64,000 bases of DNA. It comes from Lama glama. Its lineage: Eukaryota. This document shows positions 25,371 to 38,695 of the stretch, piece by piece (positions within the stretch are counted from its first letter, which is position 1; each line of letters starts with the position of its first letter). A program made the position numbers and the translations under genes. The DNA lies in NCBI GenBank assembly GCA_028534125.1, contig CM052818.1, positions 24,244,001 through 24,308,000 on the forward strand, given 5' to 3'. The notes under the pieces were generated by a model that saw only the letters and a list, made by a program, of their open reading frames with translations, did not search any database and was not told the origin of the DNA.

Positions 25371-28300
25371 TCAAATAATTTGGAATGATTTTATTAGCTG
25401 ATAGGTAGCACATTATCAAAGAAACAGAAAATTCAGAAAATAAATTCGCCTTCACACATAAGAGGTGAAAACAAATTCTTATTGAATGAATAAAAGAAAA
25501 TTATTCTTAAGAGGCTTGGAGTATGAAATTGGCCATCTCAGATGAGGTAGAATAGTAGGTTGGCCAAGAAAAATGGTCTGAAGTCAAACAATGGCTATTT
25601 TATAATTGGCACAGTTAAGGGAAACACGAAATGGGTTCTCAATTATTATTTGTTGAATTTATTAATTCATGTAATAATTTATTAGGCATCTCAAATGCAG
25701 CTTACGTAATATGCTAGGTGTACCTACCTAGTGTATCTACTATGCTAGATGCTGGGAGAGCCAGACTGAACATTCTCTGGCCTTGATGAGATTACACTGC
25801 AGCCCAGATCTACATATTAAACATGAATTTTATAATTTTCTCTCATTACGAGGAGTATAGTGTATGTAGCAGGGGAACCCTACCTCTGGACCATCAGAGA
25901 AAGTTTTCTTAAAAAAGTGACATTGAGCTGAGTGAAGAGAAAATAGCCACCAAATTTTAAAGGCCTTTTTGAATGAATATAGCAGTTCCATACCAACAAA
26001 GTGAAAATGTATAAGGATAGACAACAGAAAAGGATATAATACCATGCAAGGACACATTTATACAGTTACATAATATTTGCAACAGTCATACGTGATTTAA
26101 ACCGTGTCATCATCAGGTATAACCTATTTTCCAATGAATTACCAAGCACGTCACTTATGGTAAGGATTCACGTCCAGTGTGTAAAGAATTACATTTGGCA
26201 AAATTTAGGCTGAATACTAATGAAGCATTTTTAAAAATCCCTTCCATCTCTGAAATTGAGGTATCTATGAGACAACCCAAAATGCAACTGAATAGGAAAA
26301 ACATGGAAAATGTTTGACTGTGAATTATTCCATTAAAATCACAAGTAATGGATACACTACTGAGGGATTTTTAGATTCTATGTCATTTTCCCCAGTATTG
26401 ATCACTTAACAGGCTTCCAATAAATAATTATTGACTAATTGATGCTTTCTCTAAGACTTAATTTATTTAGGAGAAACAGACTCTTTTCTGAAAGATACTG
26501 CTTTGTTAGTTTAATTAATATTAATCCCCCGAAGTATTTAGTTTACAATGTGGCAGGCTGCTTTTTCATGATTAGTATAGGTTCTCCAAGCGAGAATGGG
26601 TTGATTTTGCTCCTATGATTAAATGTCTGCACCTACATTCTACATGCATTCTGCATTGATTCTCTTATCCTACAAAAGTGATTTGCTTCACTCTCCACCA
26701 ATTTCCCCAGATCTCAGAATTTGCATTTACATCACATCCACCAACTGTGCCATTTGTATAAGAGCAATTTCTTTATCATTTATTCATTCAACAAATACTG
26801 AATGCCTGATATGGTCAGATCATATATGAAATTTTCTTCATGGTATGATGGAAAGATGCCACATATAAAATGCCTTCTCTGTTTCACTTGAAATTCCAGC
26901 AGAGATGGATTACTTTTTATTAAGACTATTTTCCAGGGGATTGCTTTGAAGTGGTAATTATTCTAGAGAGAGCAACCGATTTACCCACTAGTAACACAAT
27001 TAAGAGTATTCAATTAAAAAAAAAAACCTGTTTGTTCATTGTGTGTTTTCGTTTGATGGGAGAAGTCAGAACAAAATGACAGCAATGATCCCTGAGATAA
27101 AAGAGGGGAAGATATCCAACATGAGGAAGAACGTATCATCTGCTTCATTGTTTGCTTAACATCCCCTGATATTTAAAAGTAGCTGATAATTTGAACAACA
27201 AACAGGACTTATAGGAAATTATCCTGAAAGCAACGATGTTCTTCCTCCCACTGTTCTTTTAAATCTAGATACAAACCTGGTCAGTAAGTGATAAAAGGCA
27301 ATTGTCAATAGAAGTTCCGTAATCACTTCAAGACATTAACATAGTCCTGGCTCAGAAAGCAGAACGCATGGTCCCATATGATGATTGGGATGATGATTAT
27401 CAGTTTAATTTGATATGAGGTTGAGTCCCTCTCCCTGGGCCCCGTGGAGGCAGGCTGTAGGCTAATAACTTGCATCGTGAGAGCTGGAAGAGACGGAGAA
27501 AGACAGATATTTCCTTGCCTGCTGGCTTCTCCCCCTCCCCCTCGGTTCGTGCTAAACCAGAGTTGAGTTAGAATTCTTTAGAAGCATGACTTCTCAAAGT
27601 CAGGCAAAGTCTGATCCTGTGTCTGGGGAATTGTCTTGGCTTCTTAAGAAATCTCAGCAGGGGATACATTAAATTATAATTCCCAAGATGTAAGCCATTC
27701 ATTGCATTTTTTGTTGATTTGGCCCCACATCTCCTTCTGCTGTGTCCTTCCGCTTAGGTGCCATCACACACCAGGTGGGGTGGCCCTAATGTATAGAACC
27801 AAACATGACCTTGCACCAGTTCTCTTGTGTTTGTGGCCCACATCTAGTCCACAGGAAGCACTTAACACAACCTTTGAATGCTGCCTGTGGTTGTTCCCTT
27901 AAGTCCTGAATACAGACCTCGGCCCCCTCTCCCTCTGCCCTAACTTGGGTGACACTTCCAACTCTCACCTTTGACTTTTTGAAGGTATGTCAGACAATAT
28001 GTTCCCCAAATTCCAGAAGACACACTTTAAGCTCTCAAACCCTTCTCACTAGATTTGGATGATGAAGTCAGGAAGTGCTAGGGGGTGCTATTTATGTAGA
28101 ATCATCAGGGAAGTCTTCTATGATAAGGTTACACAAAAGTAATTTAGTGTGAGGATCCTGGGAAGCTCGTAGCATCCGTGGGAAGAGTGGAGAAGGAGGC
28201 TTGGAGCATGAGTAGGAACGAGGGACGATGGGCAGCGAATAGCCAGATTCTACCCGTGCTAGGACATCACAAATCTTTCTGGGCACCAAGCTTGCATCAC

Positions 28301-28749
28301 TGCTCCTCCTGGGCTGGATAATGCTAGTCCTTCTGAAGGGCACTCCCTTCACTGCTGCACCTAGAAAGTGGGTGTTGCTGCTGCTCCCACCGCTCCAGAA
28401 TGCAGGCTCTGTGAGACCTCTCCACGGAGAGGCAGAACCGAGTGCCTCCGGCTGGTGATGGTAGGTTATGTGCCCATATACTAGGTGCCCAGGGGCCAGT
28501 CAGGCAAGTGTCTAGACTTGTCAATATCTATGGTGAAAAATGAACTCTGCCTTAACATGTAGTGACTGAATAATAATTACTGGACACCATGATCTACCAA
28601 GCACAGTTACGCACCAGGCCCTGGGGTTTAGCGAAACAAGAAGATATAGCCTCTCCCCGCCATGGTGCTTCCAATCTAGAGGAAGGTATGGGGTAATGTT
28701 GATAAGTGAGGCACAGGAGGCCTTTATTTAGGAGAGCTTTTCCACTGGG

Positions 28750-28890
28750 GAGACAGACCTTTTCCACGTGTCTCTGTGCCAAGCCCCACACTCCAGAAAA
28801 AGAGAGGGTCCCTCACCTAATGTGTCTCTTTATCTGGCTGTTGATTCATTTCCTTTGTTGCCTTTTATACTAAATCAGTAATCTAGTGAG
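28750..28890 (+). mobile_element. MER21-like LTR fragment
   Basis: tgtgtctctttatctggctgttgattcatttcctttg ... ttttatactaaatcagtaa resembles the MER21 poly(A)-signal region. Confidence 0.4.
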
Positions 28891-29319
28891 AAAAAAAAGT
28901 TACGCAGGGGAAAATAAATCTTGATGGAAGACTAGAGAGGGTAGAAGGAGTTACCTAAATTCACAAGGTTGAGAATTCCCCCAACAAAGGCAGAGTATCA
29001 AATACTTAGAAGAGAAAATAACCCAATAAATGTCCACCACAGAGATCTTATTTAGAATAAAGTGTCTAAGGAAATCATTTAAACACAATTCCAAAGGAAA
29101 ATTCTCTTAACACTCGTTCAACTAGTAGCAGTACAGTTGGAATAATAATCATGTTTTCTCCCAAAGTGGCAGTTTGTGAGGGCTAATTTTCCTTGGATGC
29201 ATAATGATCATGCATTAAAGTGTAGTCATCTCATGTTGAGTTACATTTATATCTGATCTGTACTATGAAATTTTTTTAACAGGATGATGGTTGGGGTCAG
29301 CAATCGCAATAAACGTTTT

Positions 29320-29780
29320 TATCAGCATTAAGTTCACTTGCAAATGACAGAAACCAAAAATAATCATTTCTTATCTAAGATAGTGGTCTCTTTATCTCTG
29401 GTGAACATAATCTGGAGATAAGCAGTTCAGGGCTGAGAAAGTGATTTTGTGATCACTAGGCCTCCTATCTGTCTTGATGCTTTGCCAACCTGAGTGTGCT
29501 GTCTCATGGATCGTTGTGGCTGCTCAGATTCCAGCCATGGTCTGCATTCAAGCCAGCAGAAAGGAGAAAGGGGAAGAGAAAAACAAAGGGAACATGTCAG
29601 CTGTCTTTTAAGAGGTTTTCTGTAAGTTGTCACATGACATGACACTTCTGTTTCCACCTCATCAGGCAGAACTCAGGCATGTGGCTACACTTTACTGCAA
29701 AGAACACTTTATTCTAAGCAGTTAAAACTGGGGGACCTGTTACTAACAGGATCTTGGACTAGAAGGTTAGCAATCTGTCA
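29320..29780. mobile_element. MLT1 (ERVL-MaLR) LTR
   Basis: ttgcaaatgacagaaacc ... tggctgctcagattccagccat ... cattcaagccagcagaaagg ... ggcagaactcaggcatgtggctacac. Confidence 0.6.
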
Positions 29781-30284
29781 GTTTTTTTTCTTTTCTTCTG
29801 TTTTGGTTTGGTTTAACATAGCTATTGTTTTGTGACGATTAGGATTATGTTTTCTCTCCTCTCTGAATGCTGAAGCTTCCCACATAATTTCTCATGCTGT
29901 TTGTAGATTTATGGTGACCTCACACACCCACCCCCTTTGTATGCACCCTTGATTTATTAGGTTATAAGGTTCTGAGGGTCCGAGATGTCACTTTTACTTT
30001 TAAACACTCAGAATTTTCATATCATATATGCTTTTCTCAATATATTTCTTGGGTGATTATATATTTTAAATTTAGATTTTAAAATATAAAATATGTAAGT
30101 AAATAGAGTAACTTTGTTGTCACTAATAATGTGTAAATATTTGACTAATCATTGTATATTTTCATTTTTTGCCATCAGCACTTTATTTCAGCCAGTCAGA
30201 ACGTAACTGTGGCTCCTATAATGGAAATAAGGAGAGGCATTTTCTCCATATTTCTCAGAAACAGGAAGTATCTCTAAGAGGCGT

Positions 30285-30435
30285 TATGTTGTCATGGTAA
30301 AAAGAACAGTGGTTCTGGAGACAAAGCTGCCTGGATTCACATCCCAGCTCTGCCACTTACTGTGTGACCACAGCAAGTTACTTAATGTCTCTGTGCCTCA
30401 GTTTTTTCATTGTGTGTAACAGAGACAATAACAAG
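30285..30435 (+). mobile_element. MIR SINE
   Basis: ctgcctggattcacatcccagctctgccacttactgtgtgacc ... caagttacttaatgtctctgtgcctcagttt. Confidence 0.85.
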
Positions 30436-30459
30436 GGTGGACTGTCAGGGTGGTACTCA

Positions 30460-30665
30460 AAAGTGGATGGTCTGTGAAGCTAAGGAAGCTTATGTCCAGA
30501 GACGCTCACATCCACAGATCTCCTCCCAGGCCCTGGCAACATGTTCACATGATTATATGATTTGGCAAAATTTACGAAAGTAAGATTTTGTTTGTTTGTT
30601 TTCTTTTTTTTTTTTTTTGATTGACGTATAGTTTGTTATAATGTGTCAACCTGTAATGAAAATGA

Positions 30666-30697
<32 letters not shown>

Positions 30698-30787
30698 GCA
30701 TGACTGGGGCATTATGTTGTTTGTTTTCTTAAAGTTGCCCCCAAACTGCGTAAGCTTCAGTCCCTACAAAACCAGAAGCCACCCCTG
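30460..30787. mobile_element. MER53-like hAT DNA transposon, interrupted by a mini-L1
   Basis: gtgaagctaaggaagctta ... ggccctg ... ttcttaaag ... cccccaaactgcgtaagcttcag ... acaaaacc ... cccctg. Confidence 0.55.
30606..30716 (-). mobile_element. 111-bp 5'-inverted L1 3'-end insertion containing (CA)n
   Basis: Perfect 14-bp TSD ttgtttgttttctt at 30592-30605 and 30717-30730; poly(T) plus antisense L1 end, then a sense L1 3'UTR piece. Confidence 0.8.
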
Positions 30788-30849
30788 GCAGGTTTGCACG
30801 GAATTGGGAGCCACTGCACTGGGTGGAAACTTGAGTTACAGAGCCCTCA

Positions 30850-31035
30850 GGCAAGGGTGCTCCACGTGGGTGTAGGCCAGCAGAATCAGACACCCAGGGC
30901 ATTGTTTTAAAAATACAGGAACTTGGCGCCTGCACCTTCAGAAAGAGACTCTTTTGGGAAGAGCCCTGTGACTCCATTATGATTAAGCTTCTCAAGTGAT
31001 TCTAACATCCGTTAAAGTTTGAATCGCTCTTCCAA
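30850..31035. mobile_element. MER5A-like remnant
   Basis: ccagcagaatcag ... aaaatacag ... ttctcaagtgattctaa ... taaagtttgaatcgct. Confidence 0.5.
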
Positions 31036-31409
31036 CTCTGAAATTCTAATTTTAAACTACACAATCCTAATTTAAAAATCACCAACCAAAAAGCTGTGGA
31101 AGAATCAGAAACCTGGCCCCCTTGGGCAGGATTTGCCTCAGGCAAGGAATGCTCTGAATTTTGAGAGAGAGAAAGGAATGGAAACCAGAAGAGCTGGAAG
31201 CCCACTTCTCAGGATGTAAACACTTGTCTGAAAGGGTTAAGACTTCTGAACCTTTCGTTTTCCATGGATTTATTTCTAGAATAAATTATTCCGTTACCTC
31301 CTCTACTTGTGAGCCCAGTAGTAAAGATTATGATAATTCTCTGCAATCTGAGATTTTATTAGCTCAAATTAAGCTATTGGGGGGGGGCAGGCAAGAGGGG
31401 TCTAAGAGT

Positions 31410-31620
31410 TATTAACTGTCACTCTTTTCCAGACACACTGCTACAAATGCTCTACAAATGTTATCTCCTTGAATTATTATGACAATCCTGCAAAAGAGGT
31501 GGCATTCCTATTTCATGAATAAGAAAACTAAAGATCAAGCAGATGAAATAATCTTGGATCAAATCACATAGCTAATATGTGGCAGGGATTTGATTCCAGG
31601 TGTGGATGAATTCAGTGCCT
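31410..31620 (-). mobile_element. MIR remnant
   Basis: ccagacacactg ... acaatcctgc ... aagaaaactaaag ... tcacatagctaat ... ggatttgattccagg. Confidence 0.55.
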
Positions 31621-31822
31621 GTTTTGACAAACCCCCCAACACTGTGGTGCTTAGACATAAACATGGCTTTTATTTGCGTGTGAGGTGGCATTTGAAGCTT
31701 AAACCTTGAAGAGATATGATATGCTATGCTACAGAATCAATTAATCACCCTCTTTTTTATATCCCTTATTCCTCCCCATGGTAACTTATGTTCTTTAAAA
31801 TACTAAGTGCCTGTGCACGTAG

Positions 31823-31826
<4 letters not shown>

Positions 31827-31876
<50 letters not shown>
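31827..31876 (+). repeat. (AC)25 microsatellite
   Basis: Directly visible. Confidence 0.98.
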
Positions 31877-31879
<3 letters not shown>

Positions 31880-32649
31880 AACATTTGCTTCCTTTTAGAA
31901 AATGACTTTGGGAATAATGCCCTGATTTTGTTTTTTTGTTGTGGTGGTTTACTTATTTATTTTTTGGATGCAGTTTATCATAAGGGCAAAAAATGCATTC
32001 CTCTCTCCCTCCCACATTATAGAGTGTCGCTATAGTTGAAAGGTTATGGTTGTGAGCTTTTGCAGTTTTAGGCATTTGTGTTTAAACATCATTGCAGTTA
32101 CGGACACAGACAAATCCCTTCAAAGCGTAAGGTTAGATGGTGGGTGCTGGTCACAGATGTTGCACAGCGTCAGGATCTTCACCTTTGAGCACATCACTGG
32201 GCTCATTCATTCCTGACAAGCTATGGACTGGGGAAAAGGTGCTTTTAGAGCGGGCAGGGCACCAGCGCTTCAGTATTGATGTCCCTGAGCCCCTGTTGTC
32301 CTAACAAGACTTGTTGGTTAGGATTCAACTGATACACTCAGCCTCATTCTGAGCAAGGTTAGGGCAGTCTAACCTTTGGCGGCAAAAAGTCGTTCATTTG
32401 GGGAAGAGAGTAATGTTTGGCTTCCTCTTTCATGTTTCATGAGGTTTTGGCTTTAGTTCTATAGAAGAAATTTGTGACCTTTCTAGCACCAGAGGAAAAA
32501 ATCAGACGTTAATTTGAAAAAATAACAATAAATGTATTTTGGTTTTATGTTATAGTCTTTCCTTGTCCTGTTTTTTCCCCCCACTCCTCCGTAAAATCGA
32601 GTCTCTGTGGAAACCTTATCACGGGCTCTCAGTCAGTTTTCATAGCTAC

Positions 32650-32668
32650 ATCAACAGATGGCGGCGTC
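32650..32668 (+). promoter_or_regulatory. Candidate CTCF (and/or YY1) binding site in a small CpG-rich patch
   Basis: tcaacagatggcggcg resembles the CTCF core CCASYAGRKGGCRS and YY1 AAGATGGCGGC. Confidence 0.5.
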
Positions 32669-32831
32669 AGGAAGAAATCGCCCGGTGCGCTGATTACCGG
32701 CACATGGGCGGGGGCTGAGGATTAGCAGCTGCGCAGCTACAAATGGGACCACTACGAGCAGATGAACAATGAAGGGAGGTTCAACAGGCTTGTGTTTCTC
32801 TCCCAATATTAATGACTTTTAAAATCACAGA

Positions 32832-33002
32832 GGTGGGGAGGGTATAGCGCAGTGGTAGAGCGCATGCTTAGCAAGCTCAAGGTCCTCGATTCAGTCCCCA
32901 GCACCACCATTAAGAAGAAAGAAATGAACAAATAAACCTAATTACCTCCCCCTCAACAATACATAAAAAGTTTAAAACAAATTAAAATGAAATTAAAAAA
33001 AT
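32832..33002 (+). mobile_element. Camelid vic-1-type SINE
   Basis: ggggagggtatagcgcagtggtagagcgcatgcttagc ... aataaacctaattacctcccc plus A-rich tail; TSD aaaatcacaga at 32821-32831 and 33003-33013. Confidence 0.92.
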
Positions 33003-34251
33003 AAAATCACAGAACCAGGGTTGTTAGGATGTCTAATCACCTTGTGATCAAAACCGAGATGGAAATACTCACTTCTGTTAATGTTTTAGCAGTGACTTTT
33101 ACCCCAGTACAAATAAAACCAGTTTATAAGGGATAGGAGCATGAAAACCCAACCTCTCACCCCTAAATTTAGAATTTTCTCTTTCTGAGATGAGAAATGT
33201 CTGTGTTTCCTCATCTGCAGAATGTAAGACGTAGTTTTCACTGTTATCTCTGGGTCATACTATGCTGAGGAAAAAGTAATATTCAGCCAAGTGACCAAGA
33301 GAAAGATGTTTATGAGTTTAAAGAACATTTTGAATTTCGTTAAGCCTGAGAAAATTCATGATCAGAAGATAAACAGCATTTCAAGAATTAGGGTTTTGGG
33401 TCCCAGTGGGACAGTGTATTCATTGTGATCATATGCTGTAAACATAACATGATAAGGCAGGAAAAGTAATTTTAAATTTATAAGTTAAAATTGTATACAA
33501 AAATACAAATTATGGCAGCTCTTGAACATTTATTTTTAAAAGATGCTGATTTAGAATTGAATTTCTACCGAAAGGAGCCTAAAAATCAGTCAAATATATT
33601 TTAAATGTTTATTCAACAATAACATGTCTAAATGTTTGCACATTCTGAATTACTGGTCTGAATTAATGAAGACAAAGTTTTCTTGAGATTTAAAATTAGT
33701 TGGTCGATAATGAAATGCAATATCTAGTGAAACTCATGTCAGTTTCCTTTTAGAAAATCCATCCAAGTATAGAAATCATATTGCAATCCTGCTACCCCTG
33801 AGTCCCAGAAATCCTTCGAAACCCATCAGAGACTCTTTTTTTCCCCCTTAGGAGAGAGGGAGAGAGAGAAGGGCACACTAAATTGACAGGAGAGTTTGTC
33901 ACGGAAAAGTACAAACTACTTAAGCTTTTTACCAAACAAAATCATGGACTTTTAAATGAACAGGGCATTTGATTAACTTGTGTTGCTTTAAATAATATTT
34001 CTTTTTTAAAAAATGTTTGGATTTGCAGATACAAAGATGACTGGCTATTGCAAAATTTGTCAGGATGGTTTCCCCTCTGTAAAGGTCACGCTGAGTTTAG
34101 TCAGCTTTAGCAGTATGTAAACAGGGCGTAAAAGACACTTGGTTCAGCCCAGTACTCCGATGATTGTGGCTCAAATAACAACTGTCCTCCTCAGGACAGG
34201 CAGAACTGCCTTAAACTGGTGGCTTGTTTTGTTTGCCAGCAAAATGGTAAT

Positions 34252-34279
<28 letters not shown>
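34252..34279 (+). repeat. (TG)14 microsatellite
   Basis: Directly visible. Confidence 0.97.
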
Positions 34280-34284
<5 letters not shown>

Positions 34285-34780
34285 GAGAGAGTTTGTCTAT
34301 ATGTGTGCATGTAAAGATTAAAAAAACTAAGAGAGGGAAAGTCTATCACCTCCAACCAAAGTATAGCTGAATATGAAAAGGCAGAATAAAGAAAGTCCTT
34401 CCTATTCAAACAAAATTAATAAACAGGAAAAAAAAAGCATAAAACAACTTTCCAGAAACAGTATCACCAGATTTTCACAACTGGATGCTAAAATCCATGG
34501 CTGAAGGAGGCAGACTGGAATAACAACAATGCCGTGTATTAATATAACATCTTTTTCTGAGACGCTCTTAATACATTGTGGCCATCTGGTCTTACCCTGA
34601 ACTGCTGTCCAAACAGCTCCTGAGAAGTTCTGAGTCACAACTAACTATTCTGGAAACGCGTTATGCCATGTCAAGCTACTCTAAGTCAGATAGGGACATT
34701 TACTAAGCATTTTCTGGGGCCCCTTGAAACTTTGTTAACCAATGTCTTTCCATAGAGTTCCCATATGGACCAAATTTCCT

Positions 34781-34806
34781 CACACACACACACACACACA
34801 AACACA
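34781..34806 (+). repeat. (CA)n microsatellite
   Basis: Directly visible. Confidence 0.95.
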
Positions 34807-35931
34807 TAGAACTTTATTGAAATTCAGCAGTGCAACTCAAGAGCAAATTACTCATGTGGCTTAAATGTATAGAGCAGAGAAAATGCAGTTAAGTTCATCT
34901 TCAGCCAGAGGAAGGAAACCTTTCCAAGCCAACTGACCCCTTTTCTTCCTTCAGCAAAAGGTCAGGAGTCTTTTGCATTTGGGTGGTGCCTAAGAAGCTG
35001 AAGGATCATTTCTCTAATGTTGTTTAAGTGGCAAGAGATTGTCCTCTTTTTAATAAGGTGGGACAAAGAACTAGGGAGGGGGCCGGAGGAGAGGAGTAGG
35101 TGGATCATTTTACAGAGAAATAACCTGAAGCAGAGAGGACTGAACTGATTTACTTGTATGTTTTCAGAGGGTTCTAGACAGGGAGCTACCACACTTCAGC
35201 TCTCCATCTCAGACTGTATCATAAGGTCACCTGTCTTTTAAGGTAACAGAAACCTTACATTTTCTTCAGAGTCCGTTGTAGTTCAGCCTACAAAAATAAA
35301 CTAAAAAACTAAAAATAAATAACGAAATAAATGAAAAAAGATGATTTTGCCCCCAAGCAACTCATGTATTTATTTAATGAGCTCTCTGTTCCCATTTTCT
35401 AAGAGTCAGATTATATGTTTTTTGAACACTGAATGTTACAAATAAGGCATGACACTGTCATTGCCAATATTATGTTTGCTGTAGCTAAAATGCACCCAGA
35501 GATTCATTATAACTACATTCTCCAGACCAAAATATCAGAGAAAACAGTCTGACAGCTTTTGTTCACCGATTTACTGATTAACTCACCCCTTCAAAAATTC
35601 AATGTGTACTGAATATGCGGTCAGCATCAGGTTTGATGCTATTAGCAAAGAAGTGAACAAGGAGTGAAGTATGGAAAGATGGTTATATTAGAAAAGCTGA
35701 AGGGGGTGATCTCAATTCCGGGATGCTCCAAAATCAGGAGAACATTGCGTATCCTCTGTCCCAGTTACCTTCTTCCCCAGAGAGAAAAGGAAAGTGCCTT
35801 TCCCATGAGAGACTCTCCTGTTCCTGACCAGCCATGCCATCAGGATGGAAGTTAACAGTAGATGGGCCAGTGTCCATGAGTGTGCCCCCCCTTTTTTGGA
35901 GGTTTTCATTCATAGGTTTGGAAAAGAAGTT

Positions 35932-35969
35932 GAAGTCTTTTGTCGAAGTCCTTTGTCGAAGTCCTTGTC
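35932..35969 (+). repeat. 13-bp tandem repeat gaagtc(c/t)tttgtc, 3 copies
   Basis: Directly visible; the third copy is 1 nt shorter. Confidence 0.85.
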
Positions 35970-37004
35970 TGTAGGAGATAACCGGTGAACTTTATTAAAG
36001 AAACGATTGAATTGTCAAGTCTGGGGACAGTAAGGAGCTTTCCTTCCTTCCACACCTAAACTTGGAAAGTTGTGTGGTAGCTTCTGGGGTGAGCGACCTC
36101 TTCCCAACGTCTGCTTTGCTTCAGCTATCGATGGACCCTCTTGACAACTCCTGCCTTGAAACATACATTACCCACCCCGCCCCGCACTTAATTTCCCCGC
36201 AGAGACTCTGATCTGAAGCCTCTTCCATGCTATTTTATTGGCACTGACAAGCCCTAGCAATGGACAGCCCAGATCAGAAATGCCCCACCCTGTGCCTTCT
36301 GCTGATTCAGCTCCCAGCAAACTCTTTCATTAGCTGTGCTTAGAAAAAAAAAAATGCCATTTTAATTCAATCAATTCTTCTAGTTAGTTTAGCTCTATGA
36401 CCACACATCAATCCATTAGTTTCTGATTCTAGAAGAACTAGAACATGAGGTATTTTGCTTAACCTGAAAAGATGCTCAGTGTAGATTTGTTTTTCTTTAA
36501 TGATTCAGAAAGCTTTGGGGACCATATAGGAATTTAGTGACAGCGTCAGGAACATCAGTTCTTTTCCCGTAAATATGAACAATAGGCAGTGACTATAATG
36601 TTCCAGAAAATAACGACTGGGCAGTTATCTTGTTGTGGGTTTGGGGATTGCACACAGCAAACCAGTTTGTTTCCAGTTGATAAATATGGTGCTTGTTCAT
36701 TAGCAAATGTCTGTGAATTGTCCTGCTAATGGAGGGATGAGCTTTGAGTAGATATGAGGCAAGGATCCTGGTCTGTGACATCTACGGCCTGCTGTGGCAC
36801 AGGGTAGGGACAGTCTAGGAAGTGGATAAGACCAAAATTAAAGGCAGAACAATGCAAGGGGAGGACTGAGGTGTAGAATCCATTGTGCAGAAAGGATTGT
36901 GGATGGGACCAGGCACCTACTCAGGTGGCTTTATAATGGCAAGGGACCCGCCATCTAGGGTGTCTGCTGCCTGCTTTTCTAAATTTTTGTGTCCTTTGGC
37001 TCCC

Positions 37005-38070
37005 AGGACATCACATTCTCCTTGTTGTCCTCCTACATCAATGGCCATTTGTTACAGTTTCCTTCTCTAGTCTTCCTCTTTTTCTCAATCTTTTAACGTA
37101 GGAGTGTTCTGGGCTCAGTCCTCAGACACTCCTCCCATCTCCTTGTCTTTCTGCTGTCACTCCTTATTTGATTCCACACAGTACCACAGATTTAATGACC
37201 ATACAGATGCCGTTAATGCTCAAATTTTTGAGTCCTGAGTTCCAGGCACATATATTCAACTGAGAAGTCAACATCCCTACTCGGATATCTACCAGGCATC
37301 TCAAACATAATACATTCCAGGCAACACTTTTTATTTCTATTCCCCAGATTCCCTATCTTAGTAAACAGCAACTGTGTTCACCCAGTTGCTCAGTAAAGAA
37401 GAAGTGCTCACCCTTGTTTTCTTCCTTTTTCATACATCTCACTTTTGATCCATCCCCTAATCCTGTTGTCTCTACCATCCAAATAGTTCCCAAGCCGGAC
37501 CACTCTCCTCCCACGGCTAACATCCAACTGAAAGCCACCGGCAGCTCTCTCCCCACTGGTCTCCCTGCTTCCATCAAGAGCGATTCTCTTCCATATACTC
37601 AGAGCGATCCTCTTTAAACATGACAGTCTTCTGCTCAAAACCTTCCAGGAGCTCCCCTGTACTCTTCAAATAAATTGTAAAAACCTCTCATGGTCTTCAT
37701 TTCATTTCCTGTATCTCTACCACTTGTTCATTTGGCTCCAAGACACACTGGCTCCTGCTGTCTTCTCACATAAGCCAAGTTTCTTCTGACCTCGGGGAAT
37801 TTGCATTTTCTCTGACCTCTGCCAGGACAGCTTTTGCCCTAGAAAGAGACTTCTCTCTCACTTGATTCCCATCTCTGAGCAGCTTTTATCTGCGGAGGGG
37901 GCCGCTCCTGGACCACTTTACCTAACCTCCTTCTTTACCATTTTCTGGCCCGTACCTTGCTTAACAGTTTTCTAGGCCTTATTATTACCTAACATTAGAT
38001 TATTATCTTTGTTGACTTTCAGTCTTCCCCAGCTGAAGGCAAGCTTCATAAGGGTAAGACTTTATTTCTT
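37005..38070 (+). mobile_element. L2 LINE 3' portion
   Basis: gggctcagtcctcag ... ggatatctaccaggcatctcaaac ... cagagcgatcctctttaaaca ... ctgctcaaaaccttcca ... aagcttcataagggtaagac. Confidence 0.75.
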
Positions 38071-38695
38071 TATCCCTAAAGGAGTGACTTGGCTCCAGCA
38101 GCCATCAAGAATCCAGCCTCTTTGTAAACACAGTCAGGCAAAGGGGTTTGGATGACAGTGCCTGGTGGCCCTGGGACACTGTGACAGTACTCTAATTTTG
38201 GCCTCAGGTTCAGAGCCTTTATAGGGTTTGAAGAAGATGAGTGAGGATAGATTGTTGCAAATTGGGTGATACGAGAAATATGCAAATAGGGAAAAGTCAG
38301 GGTTCCTGAAGGAGAACATTACGCTTACATAAGAAAATCAGAATGTTCCACAACTAACCTCCAAAGGCTTTAACTGACTTGTAAACAATGCTGTTAATTT
38401 CTCATTACTTATTTATTTCCATGCTTTTGAAACAAAACAAAGGCTCTTAGATAAAAAAACAAGTCTGGGAATATGTTAAAATTATTAATTATATTTTGAA
38501 TAGAAAATTACTTTAAAAAAAAGAAAGTGACTTAGACTGGGGAATTGCCCCCAAACCCGATAAAAATTCTGAAGCATCATAGAATGTTACATTCTGGGAG
38601 GAAATAGAACTTTTAGGAGAAACTATGGCTTATGTAATCATCTCAAGGAAGCCCCCAGGTTTATTTTGGTTTTCTTCTAGTCAACCATTCTAAGA

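Noticed and set aside
32835..32910. tRNA-like sequence (and six similar copies)
   Set aside because: These are SINE heads with SINE tails and/or TSDs and damaged stems, not tRNA genes.
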